Positions 9,919 to 21,681 of a DNA stretch of 64,000 nt are shown here, piece by piece. Location: assembly GCF_009931435.1 (NCBI RefSeq), contig NZ_CP043414.1; one strand, 5' to 3'. Both the position numbers and the translations under genes were made by a program. Numbering within the stretch: the first letter of the stretch is position 1; the number at the start of each line of letters is the position of its first letter. The notes beneath the pieces are model-generated. The model was not told where the DNA came from. It made no database searches and saw nothing but the letters and a program-made list of their open reading frames with translations. The DNA is from Escherichia coli. Its GTDB lineage: Bacteria; Pseudomonadota; Gammaproteobacteria; Enterobacterales; Enterobacteriaceae.

Positions 9919-11550
9919 ATGAGACATTCATTGCCCTACCGTATGTTACGCAAACGTCCGATGAAATTGAGTACCACTGTGATCTTAATGGTCAGCGCGG
10001 TACTGTTCTCGGTGCTATTGGTGGTGCATCTGATTTACTTCTCGCAAATCAGTGATATGACGCGAGACGGGCTAGCCAACAAGGCACTGGCAGTGGCGCG
10101 TACCCTCGCCGACTCGCCGGAAATCCGTCAGGGCTTGCAGAAAAAACCGCAGGAGAGCGGCATCCAGGCCATCGCGGAAGCCGTGCGCAAACGCAACGAT
10201 CTGCTGTTTATTGTCGTTACCGATATGCAAAGTCTTCGCTACTCGCATCCTGAAGCCCAGCGTATTGGTCAGCCATTTAAAGGTGATGACATCCTTAAAG
10301 CGCTGAATGGCGAAGAAAATGTCGCTATCAATCGCGGTTTTCTGGCGCAGGCTTTACGCGTATTTACCCCCATCTACGATGAAAATCATAAACAAATTGG
10401 CGTGGTGGCGATCGGCCTTGAGTTAAGTCGCGTGACCCAACAGATCAATGACAGTCGCTGGAGCATCATCTGGTCGGTATTATTTGGCATGCTGGTCGGG
10501 CTGATTGGCACCTGCATTCTGGTTAAGGTACTGAAAAAAATCCTTTTCGGCCTGGAACCCTACGAAATCTCCACGCTGTTTGAGCAACGCCAGGCCATGT
10601 TGCAGTCTATCAAAGAAGGCGTCGTTGCCGTGGACGATCGCGGCGAGGTCACGCTGATCAACGATGCCGCACAAGAATTGCTGAATTACCGTAAGTCGCA
10701 GGACGATGAGAAACTGTCGACGCTAAGCCACGCGTGGTCACAGGTGGTAGATGTCTCGGAAGTGTTACGCGACGGTACCCCGCGGCGCGACGAAGAGATT
10801 ACGATTAAAGACCGGCTATTACTGATCAACACCGTTCCGGTGCGCAGTAATGGCGTTATCATCGGTGCCATTTCAACCTTCAGAGACAAAACTGAAGTAC
10901 GTAAACTGATGCAGCGACTCGATGGTCTGGTCAACTATGCTGACGCACTTCGTGAACGATCCCACGAATTTATGAATAAATTGCACGTGATTCTCGGATT
11001 ATTGCATCTGAAGAGTTATAAGCAGTTGGAAGATTACATTCTCAAAACAGCCAATAACTATCAGGAAGAGATTGGCTCTCTGCTGGGTAAGATCAAATCT
11101 CCGGTTATCGCTGGTTTTTTAATCAGCAAGATTAACCGCGCGACCGATTTAGGCCATACGCTGATTTTAAACAGTGAAAGCCAGTTGCCAGACAGCGGCA
11201 GTGAAGACCAGGTCGCGACGCTGATTACCACGTTGGGAAATCTGATAGAAAACGCGCTGGAGGCATTAGGACCGGAACCCGGTGGCGAAATTAGCGTAAC
11301 ATTGCACTACCGTCACGGCTGGCTGCACTGTGAAGTTAACGATGATGGACCGGGGATCGCACCCGACAAAATCGATCACATTTTTGACAAAGGTGTCTCG
11401 ACAAAAGGAAGCGAGCGAGGCGTCGGTTTAGCACTTGTCAAACAACAGGTAGAAAATCTCGGCGGCAGCATCGCCGTGGAATCGGAACCCGGGATTTTCA
11501 CACAATTTTTTGTCCAGATACCCTGGGACGGGGAGAGGTCGAACAGATGA
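9919..11550 (+). CDS. dcuS: C4-dicarboxylate sensor histidine kinase
   Basis: 543-aa ORF with N-terminal TM/periplasmic PAS and C-terminal HATPase motifs matching DcuS. Confidence 0.95.
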   Translation: MRHSLPYRMLRKRPMKLSTTVILMVSAVLFSVLLVVHLIYFSQISDMTRDGLANKALAVARTLADSPEIRQGLQKKPQESGIQAIAEAVRKRNDLLFIVVTDMQSLRYSHPEAQRIGQPFKGDDILKALNGEENVAINRGFLAQALRVFTPIYDENHKQIGVVAIGLELSRVTQQINDSRWSIIWSVLFGMLVGLIGTCILVKVLKKILFGLEPYEISTLFEQRQAMLQSIKEGVVAVDDRGEVTLINDAAQELLNYRKSQDDEKLSTLSHAWSQVVDVSEVLRDGTPRRDEEITIKDRLLLINTVPVRSNGVIIGAISTFRDKTEVRKLMQRLDGLVNYADALRERSHEFMNKLHVILGLLHLKSYKQLEDYILKTANNYQEEIGSLLGKIKSPVIAGFLISKINRATDLGHTLILNSESQLPDSGSEDQVATLITTLGNLIENALEALGPEPGGEISVTLHYRHGWLHCEVNDDGPGIAPDKIDHIFDKGVSTKGSERGVGLALVKQQVENLGGSIAVESEPGIFTQFFVQIPWDGERSNR

Positions 11551-12266
11551 TCAATGTATTAATTATCGATGACGACGCAATGGTCGCGGAGCTGAATCGC
11601 CGATACGTGGCACAAATCCCAGGCTTTCAATGCTGTGGAACAGCCTCGACGCTGGAGAAAGCCAAAGAGATTATCTTCAATAGCGATACGCCTATCGACC
11701 TGATATTGCTCGATATCTATATGCAAAAAGAGAACGGGCTCGATTTACTGCCTGTCCTGCATAACGCGCGTTGCAAAAGTGATGTGATTGTCATCTCCTC
11801 CGCAGCCGATGCGGCAACCATTAAAGATTCGCTGCATTACGGTGTCGTGGATTACCTGATCAAACCCTTCCAGGCTTCCCGCTTTGAAGAGGCGCTCACC
11901 GGCTGGCGGCAAAAGAAAATGGCGCTGGAAAAACATCAGTATTATGACCAGGCCGAGCTTGATCAGCTAATCCACGGCAGCAGCTCCAACGAGCAAGATC
12001 CTCGTCGCTTGCCAAAAGGCTTAACACCACAGACGTTACGCACGCTGTGCCAGTGGATTGACGCGCATCAGGACTATGAGTTTTCAACCGACGAGCTGGC
12101 TAATGAGGTTAACATCTCGCGTGTTTCCTGCCGTAAATATCTCATCTGGCTGGTCAACTGCCACATCTTGTTCACCAGTATCCATTATGGCGTCACAGGT
12201 CGTCCGGTTTATCGTTATCGTATTCAGGCAGAACATTACTCACTACTTAAACAATATTGCCAATAA
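11547..12266 (+). CDS. dcuR: C4-dicarboxylate response regulator
   Basis: 239-aa ORF overlapping the dcuS stop by 4 nt; receiver domain with conserved Asp (LLDIYM) matching DcuR. Confidence 0.95.
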   Translation: MINVLIIDDDAMVAELNRRYVAQIPGFQCCGTASTLEKAKEIIFNSDTPIDLILLDIYMQKENGLDLLPVLHNARCKSDVIVISSAADAATIKDSLHYGVVDYLIKPFQASRFEEALTGWRQKKMALEKHQYYDQAELDQLIHGSSSNEQDPRRLPKGLTPQTLRTLCQWIDAHQDYEFSTDELANEVNISRVSCRKYLIWLVNCHILFTSIHYGVTGRPVYRYRIQAEHYSLLKQYCQ

Positions 12267-12834
12267 CGATCACGGTTATCTGTAAGTAATAATTATTACA
12301 GTAATGCAAAATACCCCTGGCACAAGTTACATCGTTCATCAGTAAAACTTGTGCCAGATCAAATATAATTCCCCCTCTCTCACCGCTGAAAATTAATATC
12401 TCTTCGGATGAACGGTGTTTTTAATTTCAAAACGCTAACAAAAGTTAATTAACTATTATGTCGCCCGCATTATGTGTATTTTTACCCACAAATGGGTAGT
12501 TAAGAATAATCTATAAACCTGATGATACCTACCCTGAGAACAAAAAATATACCGATAAGTATCAATAAGATAGCAGCAAACAAAACATTAACATCTGCGT
12601 AGTACAAACTATAAACCCATCGCCAGAGAGTATTTCTCTCTGAAAAAACCGCTTATCACAGTGCATAAATTTGCCGCTGCTTTAATCAGCCAATATTCAC
12701 TGTGAGGTATTTACTCAAGCCGGTAACGACCAAACGGATATTTAGTCAAGCTCTGAAAACAGTTCATACAAAACAGAACGTGACTGTGATCTATTCAGCA
12801 AAAATTTAAATAGGATTATCGCGAGGGTTTACAC
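12267..12834 (+). promoter_or_regulatory. Long dcuR-dcuB intergenic region, expected to carry the dcuB promoter and its regulator sites (not resolved individually)
   Basis: 568-bp AT-rich non-coding stretch upstream of dcuB; regulatory function inferred from known dcuB control by DcuR/FNR. Confidence 0.4.
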
Positions 12835-14175
12835 ATGTTATTTACTATCCAACTTATCATAATACTGATATGTCTGTTTTATGGTGCCAGAAAGGGCGGT
12901 ATCGCGCTGGGTTTATTAGGCGGTATCGGCCTGGTCATTCTGGTCTTCGTCTTCCACCTTCAGCCAGGTAAACCACCGGTTGATGTCATGCTGGTTATCA
13001 TTGCGGTGGTGGCGGCCTCGGCGACCTTGCAAGCTTCGGGCGGTCTTGATGTCATGCTGCAAATTGCCGAGAAGCTGCTGCGCCGCAATCCGAAATATGT
13101 CTCAATTGTCGCACCGTTTGTAACCTGCACGCTGACCATTCTTTGCGGTACGGGTCATGTGGTTTACACCATTCTGCCGATCATCTACGACGTTGCTATT
13201 AAGAACAACATCCGTCCGGAACGTCCGATGGCGGCAAGTTCTATCGGTGCACAGATGGGGATTATCGCAAGTCCAGTGTCGGTTGCGGTTGTATCTCTGG
13301 TTGCGATGCTGGGTAATGTCACCTTTGATGGCCGCCATCTTGAGTTCCTCGACCTGCTGGCAATCACCATTCCATCGACGTTAATCGGTATCCTGGCGAT
13401 CGGTATCTTCAGTTGGTTCCGCGGTAAAGATCTGGATAAAGATGAAGAGTTCCAGAAATTCATCTCCGTACCGGAAAACCGTGAGTATGTTTACGGTGAT
13501 ACCGCGACGCTGCTGGATAAAAAACTGCCGAAAAGCAACTGGCTAGCAATGTGGATCTTCCTCGGGGCAATCGCTGTAGTTGCACTTCTTGGTGCTGATT
13601 CGGACCTGCGTCCATCCTTCGGTGGCAAACCGCTGTCGATGGTACTGGTTATTCAGATGTTTATGCTGCTAACCGGGGCGCTGATTATTATCCTGACCAA
13701 AACCAATCCCGCGTCTATCTCAAAAAACGAAGTCTTCCGTTCCGGTATGATCGCCATCGTGGCGGTGTACGGTATCGCATGGATGGCAGAAACCATGTTC
13801 GGTGCGCATATGTCTGAAATTCAGGGCGTACTGGGTGAAATGGTGAAAGAGTATCCGTGGGCCTATGCCATTGTTCTGCTGCTGGTTTCCAAATTTGTAA
13901 ACTCTCAGGCTGCGGCGCTGGCGGCGATTGTTCCGGTCGCGCTGGCGATCGGCGTTGATCCGGCATACATCGTGGCTTCAGCACCGGCTTGCTACGGTTA
14001 TTACATCCTGCCGACTTATCCGAGCGACCTGGCAGCGATTCAGTTTGACCGTTCCGGCACCACCCACATCGGTCGCTTCGTCATCAACCACAGCTTTATT
14101 CTGCCGGGGTTGATTGGTGTGAGCGTATCGTGCGTCTTCGGCTGGATCTTCGCTGCGATGTACGGGTTCTTATAA
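12835..14175 (+). CDS. dcuB: Anaerobic C4-dicarboxylate (fumarate/succinate) antiporter
   Basis: 446-aa polytopic membrane ORF matching DcuB; followed by fumB. Confidence 0.95.
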
Positions 14176-14252
14176 ATGCACTTTGCGTGCCGCCCGTGAC
14201 TGCGCGGCACGCCATTTTCGAATAACAAATACAGAGTTACAGGCTGGAAGCT

Positions 14253-15899
14253 ATGTCAAACAAACCCTTTATCTACCAGGCACCTTTCCCGATGGGGAAA
14301 GACAATACCGAATACTATCTACTCACGTCCGATTACGTTAGCGTTGCCGACTTCGACGGCGAAACCATCCTGAAAGTGGAACCAGAAGCCCTGACCTTGC
14401 TGGCGCAGCAAGCCTTCCACGACGCTTCTTTCATGCTCCGCCCGGCACACCAGAAACAGGTTGCTGCAATTCTTCACGATCCAGAAGCCAGCGAAAACGA
14501 CAAGTACGTGGCGCTGCAATTCTTAAGAAACTCAGAAATCGCCGCCAAAGGCGTGCTGCCAACCTGCCAGGATACTGGCACCGCGATCATCGTCGGTAAA
14601 AAAGGTCAGCGCGTGTGGACCGGAGGCGGCGATGAAGAAGCGCTGTCGAAAGGTGTCTATAACACCTATATCGAAGATAACCTGCGTTACTCACAAAACG
14701 CGCCGCTGGACATGTACAAAGAGGTCAACACCGGCACGAACCTGCCTGCGCAAATCGACCTGTACGCGGTAGATGGCGACGAATACAAATTCCTCTGCGT
14801 CGCCAAAGGCGGTGGCTCTGCCAATAAAACGTATCTCTACCAGGAAACCAAAGCTTTGCTGACTCCCGGCAAACTGAAAAACTTCCTCGTCGAGAAAATG
14901 CGTACACTCGGTACTGCAGCCTGCCCGCCGTACCATATCGCGTTTGTGATTGGCGGTACGTCTGCGGAAACCAACCTGAAAACCGTCAAGTTAGCAAGCG
15001 CTCACTATTACGATGAACTGCCGACCGAAGGGAACGAACATGGTCAGGCGTTCCGAGATGTCCAGCTGGAACAGGAACTGCTGGAAGAGGCCCAGAAACT
15101 CGGCCTTGGCGCGCAGTTTGGCGGTAAATACTTCGCGCACGACATCCGCGTGATCCGTCTGCCACGTCACGGCGCATCCTGCCCGGTAGGTATGGGCGTC
15201 TCCTGCTCCGCTGACCGTAACATTAAAGCGAAAATCAACCGCGAAGGTATCTGGATCGAAAAACTGGAACACAATCCAGGCCAGTACATTCCACAAGAAC
15301 TGCGTCAGGCCGGTGAAGGCGAAGCGGTGAAAGTCGACCTTAACCGCCCGATGAAAGAGATCCTCGCCCAGCTTTCGCAATACCCGGTATCCACCCGCTT
15401 GTCGCTCACCGGCACTATTATCGTGGGTCGCGATATTGCACACGCCAAACTGAAAGAGCTGATTGACGCCGGTAAAGAACTGCCGCAGTACATCAAAGAT
15501 CACCCGATCTACTACGCGGGTCCGGCGAAAACGCCTGCCGGTTATCCATCAGGTTCACTTGGCCCAACCACCGCAGGTCGTATGGACTCCTACGTGGATC
15601 TGCTGCAATCCCACGGCGGCAGCATGATCATGCTGGCGAAAGGTAACCGCAGTCAGCAGGTTACCGACGCGTGTCATAAACACGGCGGCTTCTACCTCGG
15701 TAGTATCGGCGGCCCGGCGGCGGTACTGGCGCAGCAGAGCATCAAGCATCTGGAATGCGTCGCTTATCCGGAGCTGGGTATGGAAGCTATCTGGAAAATC
15801 GAAGTAGAAGATTTCCCGGCGTTTATCCTGGTCGATGACAAAGGCAACGACTTCTTCCAGCAAATCGTCAACAAACAGTGCGCGAACTGCACTAAGTAA
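14253..15899 (+). CDS. fumB: Class I fumarate hydratase, anaerobic isozyme
   Basis: 548-aa ORF matching FumB; dcuB-fumB arrangement as in E. coli. Confidence 0.95.
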   Translation: MSNKPFIYQAPFPMGKDNTEYYLLTSDYVSVADFDGETILKVEPEALTLLAQQAFHDASFMLRPAHQKQVAAILHDPEASENDKYVALQFLRNSEIAAKGVLPTCQDTGTAIIVGKKGQRVWTGGGDEEALSKGVYNTYIEDNLRYSQNAPLDMYKEVNTGTNLPAQIDLYAVDGDEYKFLCVAKGGGSANKTYLYQETKALLTPGKLKNFLVEKMRTLGTAACPPYHIAFVIGGTSAETNLKTVKLASAHYYDELPTEGNEHGQAFRDVQLEQELLEEAQKLGLGAQFGGKYFAHDIRVIRLPRHGASCPVGMGVSCSADRNIKAKINREGIWIEKLEHNPGQYIPQELRQAGEGEAVKVDLNRPMKEILAQLSQYPVSTRLSLTGTIIVGRDIAHAKLKELIDAGKELPQYIKDHPIYYAGPAKTPAGYPSGSLGPTTAGRMDSYVDLLQSHGGSMIMLAKGNRSQQVTDACHKHGGFYLGSIGGPAAVLAQQSIKHLECVAYPELGMEAIWKIEVEDFPAFILVDDKGNDFFQQIVNKQCANCTK

Positions 15900-16021
15900 C
15901 CTCTTCGGCCCAGCGCCTGGCAGCATGCTGCCAGGTGATCCCCCTGGGCCACCTCTTTTGCGATTGTAATTTCACGCTTGCTGGTGAATAGTCAGTATTT
16001 TTCCTGACTTGCGAACTCACC

Positions 16022-16672
16022 ATGACCCGCACACTCAAGCCGTTAATTCTTAACACCGGCGCACTGGCGCTAACGTTAATCCTGATTTATACCGGCATTT
16101 CGGCCAATGACAAACTCACCTGGCTGATGGAAGTGACACCGGTGATTATTGTCGTGCCGCTACTGCTTGCCACCGCCAGACGTTACCCGTTAACGCCGCT
16201 GCTCTATACGCTCATTTTCTTTCATGCCATCATCCTGATGGTCGGCGGGCAATACACCTACGCGAAAGTCCCCGTTGGTTTTGAGGTGCAGGAATGGCTG
16301 GGGTTGAGCCGTAATCCGTATGACAAGCTGGGGCATTTTTTCCAGGGGCTGGTGCCTGCACTGGTGGCGCGAGAAATTCTCGTTCGCGGGATGTACGTGC
16401 ACGGACGTAAAATGGTGGCGTTTCTGGTCTGCTGCGTGGCGCTGGCGATAAGCGCGATGTATGAATTAATCGAGTGGTGGGCAGCGCTGGCAATGGGTCA
16501 GGGAGCGGATGATTTTCTCGGCACCCAGGGCGACCAGTGGGACACGCAATCCGATATGTTCTGCGCGCTGCTTGGCGCATTAACGACGGTGATATTCCTC
16601 GCTCGCTTTCATTGCCGCCAGCTACGGCGCTATGGCTTAATCACCAGAGCGCCGGAAGCGATTACCTCTTAA
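16022..16672 (+). CDS. yjdF: Inner-membrane protein YjdF; the 3' end may be altered at a deletion junction
   Basis: 216-aa membrane ORF matching YjdF over most of its length; its stop shares nucleotides with the melA stop on the opposite strand. Confidence 0.8.
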   Translation: MTRTLKPLILNTGALALTLILIYTGISANDKLTWLMEVTPVIIVVPLLLATARRYPLTPLLYTLIFFHAIILMVGGQYTYAKVPVGFEVQEWLGLSRNPYDKLGHFFQGLVPALVAREILVRGMYVHGRKMVAFLVCCVALAISAMYELIEWWAALAMGQGADDFLGTQGDQWDTQSDMFCALLGALTTVIFLARFHCRQLRRYGLITRAPEAITS

Positions 16673-18024
16673 CGGTGCAACCAGCCTGGCAGCCAGTCGC
16701 CGTGGGCGGCAATCAGGTCGTCAACAAGAGCATATATTTCGTCAATGCCCAGCACGGCGGCAGTATGCGGGTCCATCATCGCGGCGTGGTAAACACGGTC
16801 GCGATTTTCTGTGAGAATGGCTTCCGTCAGCAGCGTCTGTACGTTGATGTTGGTTTGCATCAGGGCGGCCAGATGCGAAGGTAGCGTACCGACTTTGGTC
16901 GGCTGAATGCCATTAGCATCAACTAAACAGGCCACTTCCACGCAACATCCTTGTGGCAGGTTATCAATCAAACCATCGTTACGGACGTTGCCATAAATCA
17001 CACTCGGCTCGCCAGTCCAGATAGCGTTCATGATTGTGCTGGCATATTCCCGTGACGGTTTAATATCAATCCGGGAGGCGTTCTTATACTCCTCCAGCTC
17101 TTTATGCCAGTTCGCCAGCTGCTCGACGCAGCGTTTCGGGTACTCATCCAGCGGTACTTTATAACGCTCAATCAAATCCTCACGACCTGGCTTAATAAAC
17201 CACGGCGTGTACTCAGCAAAATGTTCTGACGATTCCGTGACGAAGTAGCCCAGCTTTTTGAACATTTCGTAGCGCACAATATTCTGGCAGCGAGTATTGC
17301 CATGAATATTCGGCTTCGGTGCCTGCCCTGCTTCATAAGCCGCCAGCAGTTCCGGGTAGAGATTCACGTAACTGCCGTCGGCGGTTTTGCGCTCCAGTTC
17401 CAGGTAAAACGCCATATGGTTGATACCTGCGCAACGGTAACGCAGCGTAGCCGGGTCGATATTGAGGTCACGCGCCAGCTCTTCCGCCGTTCCCTGCACC
17501 GAATGGCACAGCCCTACCTGTTTGATATGCGGATAGCGGGCATACATCGCCCAGGTATTCATCGCCATTGGGTTAACATAGTTGAGCATGGTGGCATCGG
17601 GGCAGACTTCCGTCATGTCCTCGCAAATTTGCCACAGGTGCGGAATGGTACGCAGCGCGCGCATAATACCGCCCGGCCCCAGCGTATCGGCAATGGTTTG
17701 TTCCAGACCGTGGCGCTTACAGACCTCGAAATCAGTCACCGTGCAAGGTTCATAACCGCCAATCTGAAATGCCACCACGACAAAATCGGCATCCTGTAAG
17801 GCTTCTTTCTGTTGGGTGTGGCAGGTGATTTTGCCGCTGGCCCCTGCTGAATCCATCAGCTTGCGCACCACAATATGCGACTCTTCCAGGCGGGTGGGAT
17901 CAATGTCCATCAGGGCAATATGCGCCGTTTTCAGCGCCTCGCGATGGAACACATCACCAAGAATATTTTTAACGAAAATCGTCGAACCAGCGCCGATAAA
18001 TGTAATTTTGGGTGCAGACATCAT
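16669..18024 (-). CDS. melA: Alpha-galactosidase (melibiase), NAD/Mn-dependent GH4
   Basis: 451-aa ORF (MMSAPKITFIGAGSTIF ... LPGWLHR) matching MelA; divergent from melR. Confidence 0.95.
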   Translation of the reverse strand: MMSAPKITFIGAGSTIFVKNILGDVFHREALKTAHIALMDIDPTRLEESHIVVRKLMDSAGASGKITCHTQQKEALQDADFVVVAFQIGGYEPCTVTDFEVCKRHGLEQTIADTLGPGGIMRALRTIPHLWQICEDMTEVCPDATMLNYVNPMAMNTWAMYARYPHIKQVGLCHSVQGTAEELARDLNIDPATLRYRCAGINHMAFYLELERKTADGSYVNLYPELLAAYEAGQAPKPNIHGNTRCQNIVRYEMFKKLGYFVTESSEHFAEYTPWFIKPGREDLIERYKVPLDEYPKRCVEQLANWHKELEEYKNASRIDIKPSREYASTIMNAIWTGEPSVIYGNVRNDGLIDNLPQGCCVEVACLVDANGIQPTKVGTLPSHLAALMQTNINVQTLLTEAILTENRDRVYHAAMMDPHTAAVLGIDEIYALVDDLIAAHGDWLPGWLHR

Positions 18025-18306
18025 GCAGATCTCCTGGCTTGCTTGAATAACTTCATCATGGCAGGCGAATCTGCAGAAAACCTCCGGCTTCCAGGTTGAG
18101 CATTCCCATAAACTCAGATCCTGCGTGAAGTGTCAGTAAATCTGAGTTTATGGGAATAAATTACCTGAAAAGCAGAGTTTTCGGCCTCATGGTACTCGGA
18201 TGATCCCTTCGCCCCTCTGGCAAGAGGACGAAAACCGTGCTCCCACTCGCAGTCATCCTCCCTCACTCCTGCCATAATTCTGATATTCCAGGAAAGAGAG
18301 TCATCC
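18025..18306. promoter_or_regulatory. Divergent melR/melA promoter region (MelR and CRP sites expected)
   Basis: 282-bp intergenic region between divergently oriented melA and melR; sites not individually resolved. Confidence 0.5.
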
Positions 18307-19215
18307 ATGAATACAGATACGTTTATGTGCAGCAGCGACGAAAAACAGACCCGCAGCCCGCTGTCGCTGTATTCGGAATACCAGCGGATGGAGATTGAGT
18401 TTCGCGCACCGCATATCATGCCCACCAGCCACTGGCATGGTCAGGTCGAAGTGAATGTGCCTTTCGATGGCGATGTGGAATACCTGATCAACAATGAAAA
18501 AGTGAGTATCAATCAGGGACATATCACGCTGTTCTGGGCCTGTACACCGCACCAACTAACAGATACCGGAACCTGTCAGAGCATGGCGATTTTTAATCTG
18601 CCGATGCATCTGTTTCTCTCCTGGCCGCTGGATAAAGACCTGATTAACCACGTCACTCACGGCATGGTGATCAAATCACTGGCGACACAGCAACTTAGCC
18701 CGTTTGAAGTGCGCCGCTGGCAGCAGGAATTGAACAGTCCGAACGAGCAAATTCGCCAGCTCGCCATTGATGAAATTGGCCTGATGCTCAAGCGATTTAG
18801 CCTCTCTGGCTGGGAACCGATTCTGGTCAATAAAACCTCGCGCACACACAAAAACAGCGTCTCGCGCCATGCGCAATTTTATGTCAGCCAGATGCTGGGC
18901 TTTATTGCCGAAAACTATGATCAGGCGCTGACCATCAACGATGTGGCTGAGCACGTCAAACTTAACGCCAACTATGCAATGGGGATATTCCAGCGGGTCA
19001 TGCAATTGACGATGAAACAGTACATTACCGCGATGCGCATCAACCACGTTCGCGCGTTACTGAGCGATACCGATAAAAGTATTCTCGATATTGCCCTGAC
19101 GGCAGGCTTTCGTTCGAGTAGCCGTTTTTACAGCACGTTCGGCAAATATGTCGGCATGTCACCGCAACAATACCGCAAACTTAGCCAACAGCGCCGCCAG
19201 ACGTTTCCCGGCTAA
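18307..19215 (+). CDS. melR: AraC-family melibiose operon activator
   Basis: 302-aa ORF with C-terminal AraC-type HTH matching MelR. Confidence 0.95.
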   Translation: MNTDTFMCSSDEKQTRSPLSLYSEYQRMEIEFRAPHIMPTSHWHGQVEVNVPFDGDVEYLINNEKVSINQGHITLFWACTPHQLTDTGTCQSMAIFNLPMHLFLSWPLDKDLINHVTHGMVIKSLATQQLSPFEVRRWQQELNSPNEQIRQLAIDEIGLMLKRFSLSGWEPILVNKTSRTHKNSVSRHAQFYVSQMLGFIAENYDQALTINDVAEHVKLNANYAMGIFQRVMQLTMKQYITAMRINHVRALLSDTDKSILDIALTAGFRSSSRFYSTFGKYVGMSPQQYRKLSQQRRQTFPG

Positions 19216-19413
19216 AGACGATATCAGTATCAGCCAAAAAAATAGTTTAGCCGTCGATAATAAGCAGTGAAAATAAATCAAAATAATCACATAACATATT
19301 GTTTATAAAAATGAATATATAAAAAATGTTTGTTTTTCATGCGCTTTACAGCCCGAAAAGGCCGGAAGATACTTGCCCGCAACGAAGATTCCTTCATAAC
19401 CGGGTAAGCAATG

Positions 19414-21681
19414 ATGAAAGTATTAATTGTTGAAAGCGAGTTTCTCCATCAGGACACCTGGGTCGGTAACGCCGTTGAGCGTCTGGCAGATGCTTTAAGC
19501 CAGCAAAATGTTACCGTGATTAAATCCACCTCCTTTGATGATGGCTTTGCCATTCTCTCTTCAAACGAAGCCATTGACTGCCTGATGTTCAGCTATCAAA
19601 TGGAACATCCGGACGAACATCAAAACGTCAGACAATTGATCGGTAAGCTTCATGAGCGCCAACAAAACGTGCCGGTCTTCCTGTTGGGCGATCGGGAAAA
19701 AGCCCTCGCCGCAATAGACCGAGATCTGCTGGAGCTTGTCGATGAATTCGCCTGGATTCTGGAAGATACCGCCGACTTTATCGCCGGACGCGCCGTTGCC
19801 GCAATGACCCGCTACCGCCAGCAGCTGTTGCCGCCACTGTTCAGCGCGCTGATGAAATATAGCGACATCCATGAATATTCCTGGGCAGCGCCAGGCCACC
19901 AGGGCGGCGTTGGCTTTACCAAAACACCCGCCGGACGTTTTTACCATGACTACTATGGTGAAAATCTGTTCCGCACCGACATGGGCATCGAACGGACTTC
20001 CCTCGGTTCTTTGCTTGACCATACTGGCGCATTTGGCGAAAGCGAAAAATATGCCGCACGCGTATTTGGTGCCGATCGCTCCTGGTCGGTAGTCGTCGGT
20101 ACTTCCGGCTCTAACCGTACCATCATGCAGGCTTGCATGACCGATAACGATGTAGTGGTCGTTGACCGTAACTGCCATAAATCCATCGAACAAGGCTTGA
20201 TGCTGACAGGCGCGAAACCGGTCTACATGGTGCCAAGCCGCAACCGCTACGGCATTATCGGGCCAATTTATCCGCAGGAAATGCAACCTGAAACCTTGCA
20301 GAAGAAAATCAGTGAAAGCCCGCTGACCAAAGACAAAGCCGGGCAAAAACCGTCTTACTGCGTGGTAACCAACTGCACCTATGACGGCGTGTGTTATAAC
20401 GCTAAAGAAGCGCAGGATCTGCTGGAAAAAACTTCCGATCGTCTGCACTTTGACGAAGCCTGGTACGGCTATGCACGTTTCAACCCGATCTATGCCGATC
20501 ACTATGCCATGCGCGGTGAACCTGGCGATCACAACGGTCCTACCGTTTTCGCCACCCACTCAACCCACAAACTGCTGAATGCGCTGTCACAGGCCTCTTA
20601 CATTCATGTGCGTGAAGGTCGTGGGGCGATTAACTTCTCCCGCTTCAACCAGGCATACATGATGCATGCCACCACCTCCCCGCTGTATGCCATCTGTGCA
20701 TCTAACGACGTGGCGGTGTCGATGATGGACGGCAACAGCGGCCTGTCACTGACCCAGGAAGTGATCGACGAAGCGGTTGATTTCCGTCAAGCGATGGCAC
20801 GGCTGTATAAAGAGTTCACCCATGACGGTAGCTGGTTCTTCAAACCGTGGAACAAAGAAGTGGTCACCGATCCACAAACCGGCAAAACCTACGACTTTGC
20901 TGACGCGCCAACCAAACTGCTGACCACCGTTCAGGACTGCTGGGTAATGCATCCGGGCGAAAGCTGGCACGGCTTCAAAGATATTCCGGATAACTGGAGT
21001 ATGCTCGACCCAATTAAAGTCAGCATTCTCGCACCGGGAATGGGTGAAGATGGTGAACTGGAAGAAACCGGTGTTCCGGCGGCGCTGGTCACTGCCTGGC
21101 TTGGTCGCCACGGCATTGTGCCTACCCGCACCACTGACTTCCAGATTATGTTCCTGTTCTCTATGGGCGTAACCCGTGGGAAATGGGGAACTCTGGTTAA
21201 CACCCTTTGCTCCTTCAAACGCCACTACGACGCCAACACACCGCTGGCGCAGGTGATGCCGGAACTTGTTGAACAATATCCTGACACTTACGCGAATATG
21301 GGGATTCACGATCTGGGTGACACCATGTTTGCCTGGCTAAAAGAAAATAACCCTGGCGCACGGTTGAACGAAGCCTATTCCGGCCTGCCGGTGGCGGAAA
21401 TCACCCCGCGTGAAGCGTACAACGCAATTGTCGATAACAATGTCGAACTGGTATCCATTGAAAATCTGCCTGGACGCATCGCGGCAAACTCAGTTATCCC
21501 GTATCCGCCAGGAATCCCGATGCTACTGTCTGGTGAAAACTTCGGCGATAAAAACAGTCCACAGGTAAGTTATTTACGCTCCCTGCAATCCTGGGACCAT
21601 CATTTCCCTGGATTTGAACACGAAACTGAAGGGACTGAAATTATTGACGGTATTTACCACGTCATGTGTGTGAAAGCGTAA
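19414..21681 (+). CDS. adiA: Biodegradative (acid-inducible) arginine decarboxylase
   Basis: 755 aa from the ATG at 19414 (MKVLIVESEFLHQDTWVGNAVERLADALSQ...); paralogous to CadA. Confidence 0.95.
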   Translation: MKVLIVESEFLHQDTWVGNAVERLADALSQQNVTVIKSTSFDDGFAILSSNEAIDCLMFSYQMEHPDEHQNVRQLIGKLHERQQNVPVFLLGDREKALAAIDRDLLELVDEFAWILEDTADFIAGRAVAAMTRYRQQLLPPLFSALMKYSDIHEYSWAAPGHQGGVGFTKTPAGRFYHDYYGENLFRTDMGIERTSLGSLLDHTGAFGESEKYAARVFGADRSWSVVVGTSGSNRTIMQACMTDNDVVVVDRNCHKSIEQGLMLTGAKPVYMVPSRNRYGIIGPIYPQEMQPETLQKKISESPLTKDKAGQKPSYCVVTNCTYDGVCYNAKEAQDLLEKTSDRLHFDEAWYGYARFNPIYADHYAMRGEPGDHNGPTVFATHSTHKLLNALSQASYIHVREGRGAINFSRFNQAYMMHATTSPLYAICASNDVAVSMMDGNSGLSLTQEVIDEAVDFRQAMARLYKEFTHDGSWFFKPWNKEVVTDPQTGKTYDFADAPTKLLTTVQDCWVMHPGESWHGFKDIPDNWSMLDPIKVSILAPGMGEDGELEETGVPAALVTAWLGRHGIVPTRTTDFQIMFLFSMGVTRGKWGTLVNTLCSFKRHYDANTPLAQVMPELVEQYPDTYANMGIHDLGDTMFAWLKENNPGARLNEAYSGLPVAEITPREAYNAIVDNNVELVSIENLPGRIAANSVIPYPPGIPMLLSGENFGDKNSPQVSYLRSLQSWDHHFPGFEHETEGTEIIDGIYHVMCVKA

